A stretch of 63,159 bases of DNA, the filler included, from Pelomyxa schiedti (Eukaryota; Protista; Evosea), in the NCBI GenBank assembly GCA_020536535.1. It is 7 parts of 7 records of this genome, joined end to end, with 100 filler letters (N's around TTAATTAATTAA, not from the genome) between each part and the next. Parts side by side here need not be neighbours in the genome. Positions count along the whole stretch, not along the records: positions 58,875 to 62,019 come from JAHLWZ010001817.1; positions 62,120 to 63,159 come from JAHLWZ010002951.1; 5 more parts are not named here. One strand, 5' to 3'. The position numbers were made by a program, and so were the translations under genes. Each line of letters begins with the position of its first letter. Positions within the stretch are counted from its first letter, which is position 1. Below the pieces are notes generated by a model that worked only from the letters and a program-made list of their open reading frames with translations, was not told the origin of the DNA and did no database searches. Of the stretch, positions 59,225-63,159 are shown piece by piece.

Positions 59225-61367
59225 ATGCATACTATTGTCGCATCCGTGTTAGCGTTGCTATCATACGTGCTAAAAACGATCGCGGCCACAGCACTCAGCT
59301 GTTGGCTGGTGGTTGTGGGTCTCGGCGTCGTCGCCGGTGTCGCTAGGTTCGTTCGTCTTTCCCCCCTTCTTTTTTGTTTTTTTCCTGGCTTTTTTTTTGG
59401 TTGCGTTTTTTTTTTCCTCCACTGTCACTGTTGCCGCAAAACCCCCAACACACACGCACACATCGCCGACATCATCGCCGCTTTGTTTGTTTGTTTTCCG
59501 TGTTTGATTGAATTATTTTTCGTGGTTGTTGTTGATGTTGTTTTTACTGATCTGTCAGATGTAATTAACTAACCGAACCTCTCACACAGGAGGTTGTACG
59601 TTTCTTGCACTGGCCGCGTGTTCTGGTGAAAGCCGTTCTTCGTCGTCCCTCGTGGGATTGAAGTTCCGAGTTATAGTTCCACTCTCTTCAAGGTAATACT
59701 TTCGTTACCACAATCGATTGTGTTCCAATTCCGGTTTTTTTCGTTGTTTCTAACATCATCGTTCACAGGATTGGGCTCTCTTCGTGGATTATGCGTTGAG
59801 GAATGTCCTTCTGACCATGTTGGACGATCCGGAAGTACACTTGGCTGAATAAAATAATCAACAGACCGGAACGCCGTCATTTTCGTTATCGTCGCTCAGT
59901 CTCGGCGGTCTGGTGTTTTTTTTATTCAGCCACTTGGATCCAGATTCTTGGTACGAACGCAGCCCCGACAAGAGGGACCCCGATCTGCGGTGGAAAATTG
60001 TCGCGAAGCTGCTGGACAACGCGTTGCGTCATATCGGCCTGTCGGATGACCGGTATACGGGCAGCGCCAGCGGGTACTCTCGGCGGTTACCCGACCCATG
60101 CGACTCTGATTCGATGTCGTTGTTCTCGGCAGCTTGGCTGTCGTCACCTTCTGGCTGGCGGTGGGTGGTCAACCCCTTGTATTTGCTGATGGACGCGGGG
60201 ATTCTCACCAAGTCGGCGCTCTGGTGCTTGTATCAGTCTTACTTTGCCGCCATAGTGATCGTCTCATTGGTGTTGGCGGACTGCTTTTGGAGTCTGGTGG
60301 CACTGCGATTCCGATTGATGTATTATCTGTGGTGGATATCGTTCTGTCTTTCGTATTTGGCATGCACCATACGCGCGGTGTGGGGAGCTACGATGCACCT
60401 GATCAGTTCTTTGGCTGCTATATTCTTCATCGGGCTACTGGCTACCGCCGTGATACATGTCGTTGTTATACCATTCCGGATTGCGCTGAGATTCGCAGTA
60501 TCGACCATTCAGGTGATGTGGGCTGCTTTGGTGCGGGTCACCCGTTCCTGCTTCACGTGCACCATCCAGCTGGCTGTCACCGTTGCCGATACCTTGGAAG
60601 CTCTGATTCTCCGCAGGCCACCACGGGCCGCTGTTCCACCACCACCACCTCCGCCACCCCCCGTCAAGAGAAGATCCTTTGCTGGACAAGTGGCACTTAG
60701 CGCCTCCATCTTCCGTGCAAGGCGACGTCTGTCCGCACTCAAGCTCGCCGTGAGCTGTTCATCACCACCGTCGTCACCACCAGCACAGATTCCACCAACC
60801 CCGGTTGTTGTTCCTGCTTCTGCGGCGGGTTCGGCCACAAAATCCAACAACAGCTTGCTGCCTTCACCACCTCAGTCACCGGTTGTGTTGATTCATCCAG
60901 GAACGAGCACAACGCCGTCGCTTGTTCCCACTGCGATCATCACCACAACACCGAGTGTCGGTGCACGTTCTACTCCTCCTACTGCTGCTGGCAGCCTGTT
61001 TACGACGCCACCAACCTTTCCCAAGCCGATTTCGGCACTTACGGCAGATCTCCTCAAAATTGGTGGTTTCCGAAAGCCGTTGACCCCTGCAAGAACAAGC
61101 GTGACTGCAGCTCCGCAACCGCAGCAGCGACAAAGACCTTCTTCTTCCTCAAGCACTCCACCAATCCCGGTGGCTGGCATCCAAGTCCCGTATTTCCGCC
61201 AAATTCCTCCCGATACCGCGGCAATTCCCAAGATACCAACACCGCTGATGGGTATAGGGCCTGTCGGACCAAGGAGTCCTCTGTGGCGGCAGAAGCTTTT
61301 TCCACCACGGCCAACAGTTCACCCGGTAAACACCTCATCTCCCCTTCACTTCTTGTTACACCACTAA
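59225..61367 (+). CDS. Multi-pass membrane protein with Pro/Thr-rich tail, unknown function; in-frame TGA in predicted exon 2
   Basis: 484-aa ORF at 59913-61367 with several hydrophobic helices. Upstream exons are predicted from GT-AG sites. Confidence 0.6.
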
Positions 61368-63159
61368 CATGAATATTCAGACTGACAACTCGACTGCTGA
61401 GCGTCCTGCCGATGCCGGTGCCTGTGCCTGTGCCGGTGCTCGCTCCGACAACTGAAATTCTCACTCAGTGTTCTTCTTGTCCCGGGGCTATCGTGAGAGT
61501 GGGAGGAGACCTTGCATTGTTGTACTCTACCTGTAACTGGCTTTATCATCACCTCGGCTTGTTGTTGTAGAGAGCACTCAAATGGAGCCACGTTCACTCT
61601 CGCGCGCTGGGGCTGGGGCTGTGCTTGGCTGGTCACTCTCCTCCCCAAGCCCACTCTTGCGTGGTCGGTCAGTGGGAACCCAGGTTGCGGGATTGGAGCC
61701 GAAGGCCCACTCGGTTCCCTTCCTGCACCTTGGTGCTTCCCGGTTGCCGACTCGTCGGGGTGGGCATTGGGCCTTGGGGGGGAGAGTTTGGCTTTCCACA
61801 CGGCACCGCCAGCAGCAGCAGCAGCCAGGCGGCACACATGCATGAATCATTTGTCAGTCACTCTCTGCCGAACAACCAGTTCGCTATTATGCTGCTGCTG
61901 CTGCCTGCTCTCTCATCACAACCAAAGTGAATGCTGAAGCCAAAACAACTTTTTTTTGACTGTAGAAAGCCAAACTTTTTTCTGTTGTTGGGTGTAATCG
62001 AGGTTGTATTTGGGTTTGTNNNNNNNNNNNNNNNNNNNNNNNNNNNNNNNNNNNNNNNNNNNNTTAATTAATTAANNNNNNNNNNNNNNNNNNNNNNNNN
62101 NNNNNNNNNNNNNNNNNNNTCAGTGCTTTGGCAGGAGCCTTTTCTTGCCAGGTTCTTTGTTGATGCTGCCACATTACCTATCAGAGCTCTTTGTACTGAA
62201 TCCTCTCAAAAAGAATTGCAACCAGCAGTTGTCACCAAGTAGTGTGATTTGGCTGAATAAAAAAACCACCCCGCGCTTTTTTTAAATCTTTTTTGAGATT
62301 CCAAAGAACAAGAAAAAAAAAGCGCGGGTTAGTGCCGGGGGTGACGTGTGACGTTGTTTTGCTGCTCGATCGTGTACGTGTCGTGTTGTCTTAAGCTGGT
62401 GGATCTGCGTGTTGGGTGCCTGCTGGGTGTTTGCTGGTGACTCGTGCTCGCTTTTAGTACTCTGGCACATGAAACGGAGTGCTGCTCACCGTTGATTGCC
62501 GAAGTGATCGGATTGATGCAGCATTGCCAAAGCCCTGCCTCTCAGCCATTTTGCCAAGCCGCTCTCGTGGGAGAGGGCTGCTGGTGGGGTGGTCGTTGAG
62601 GCTTGGTTTTGGAGGGTGTCACACCTCAGGGGGAGCCTTCTCAGGCTCGGCTCTCCCCGTACTTTGGAGTCCTGCTGTGGGCGTCTTTCGGCGCCTACAG
62701 GGCTGCCCCAGCCAGCACTCTACTATGGCGTATATGAATCCATTCCATTGACTAATATAATCACTAGAGAACCCCAAGCAAAAGCAAGAAGACCGGCGGA
62801 CCAAAAGGCAGCAAGAGTGTGAGTGGTGTGGATTTTGAGTGCACATTTTGGGTTGCTGATTGTATTGGACATGAATTCTATTCTCTTGGATTCTCTCTCG
62901 TGATCTGTGTGACACTCTCAGGTTCCATTCAGTGTGCACTTTCAACTCCAAAACTAATATAGCAGCAGAAAAGAGACCCAGGTAATCAACAGCGTTCCGG
63001 TCTGTTGATTATTTTATGCAGCCATTTGATTTCCCTTGCTAAGAGTTGGGGAAGCAACATGCCGAAATGGAATGAGAGTGGAAACAAAAGAACAAGTTTT
63101 GGAAAGAAATACTTCAATTCTTCCTCTTTATTTTTGTGTGGTTTTTTCTGGTGGTACTG

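Noticed and set aside
30138-62119. Recurrent TTAATTAATTAA palindrome
   Set aside because: It is always centred in exactly 88 Ns, so it is an artificial stop linker. Gene neighbourhoods across these joins cannot be interpreted.
62120-63159. Short ORFs in the last contig
   Set aside because: No supportable homology or structure.

Overview
Gene-dense eukaryotic DNA with many short spliceosomal introns. Gene content is amoebozoan (LrrA orthologue, Entamoeba-style transmembrane kinase, Rac/Ras expansion) and includes an anaerobe-type enzyme. My inference is an anaerobic amoebozoan such as an archamoeba (Pelomyxa-like). The window is not one proven locus: six 100-nt artificial spacers (N44-TTAATTAATTAA-N44) join seven contigs, and a seventh 100-N gap sits inside a Rac gene. 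Recognisable genes: LrrA-like LRR protein, p22phox/CYBA-like protein, NECAP, cofactor-independent phosphoglycerate mutase, a Ser/Cys-rich receptor kinase, Rac, two atypical Ras paralogues, an ankyrin protein, an intron-containing bacterial-type YgeW carbamoyltransferase, a LysM protein and a secreted LamG-containing protein. Main observations: (1) a WW-WW-RING-WW-Rac(CAAX) fusion gene; (2) about 14 intact or decayed copies of an uncharacterised intron-poor ~400-450 aa superfamily with an N-terminal helical box and a beta-rich body; (3) eukaryotic ygeW; (4) a p22phox-like gene in a probable anaerobe; (5) a MITE with 14-bp TIRs and an 8-bp TSD; (6) a triple hairpin repeat with a downstream antisense partner. 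Exon boundaries were read by eye and family assignments are from recalled motifs, not database searches.
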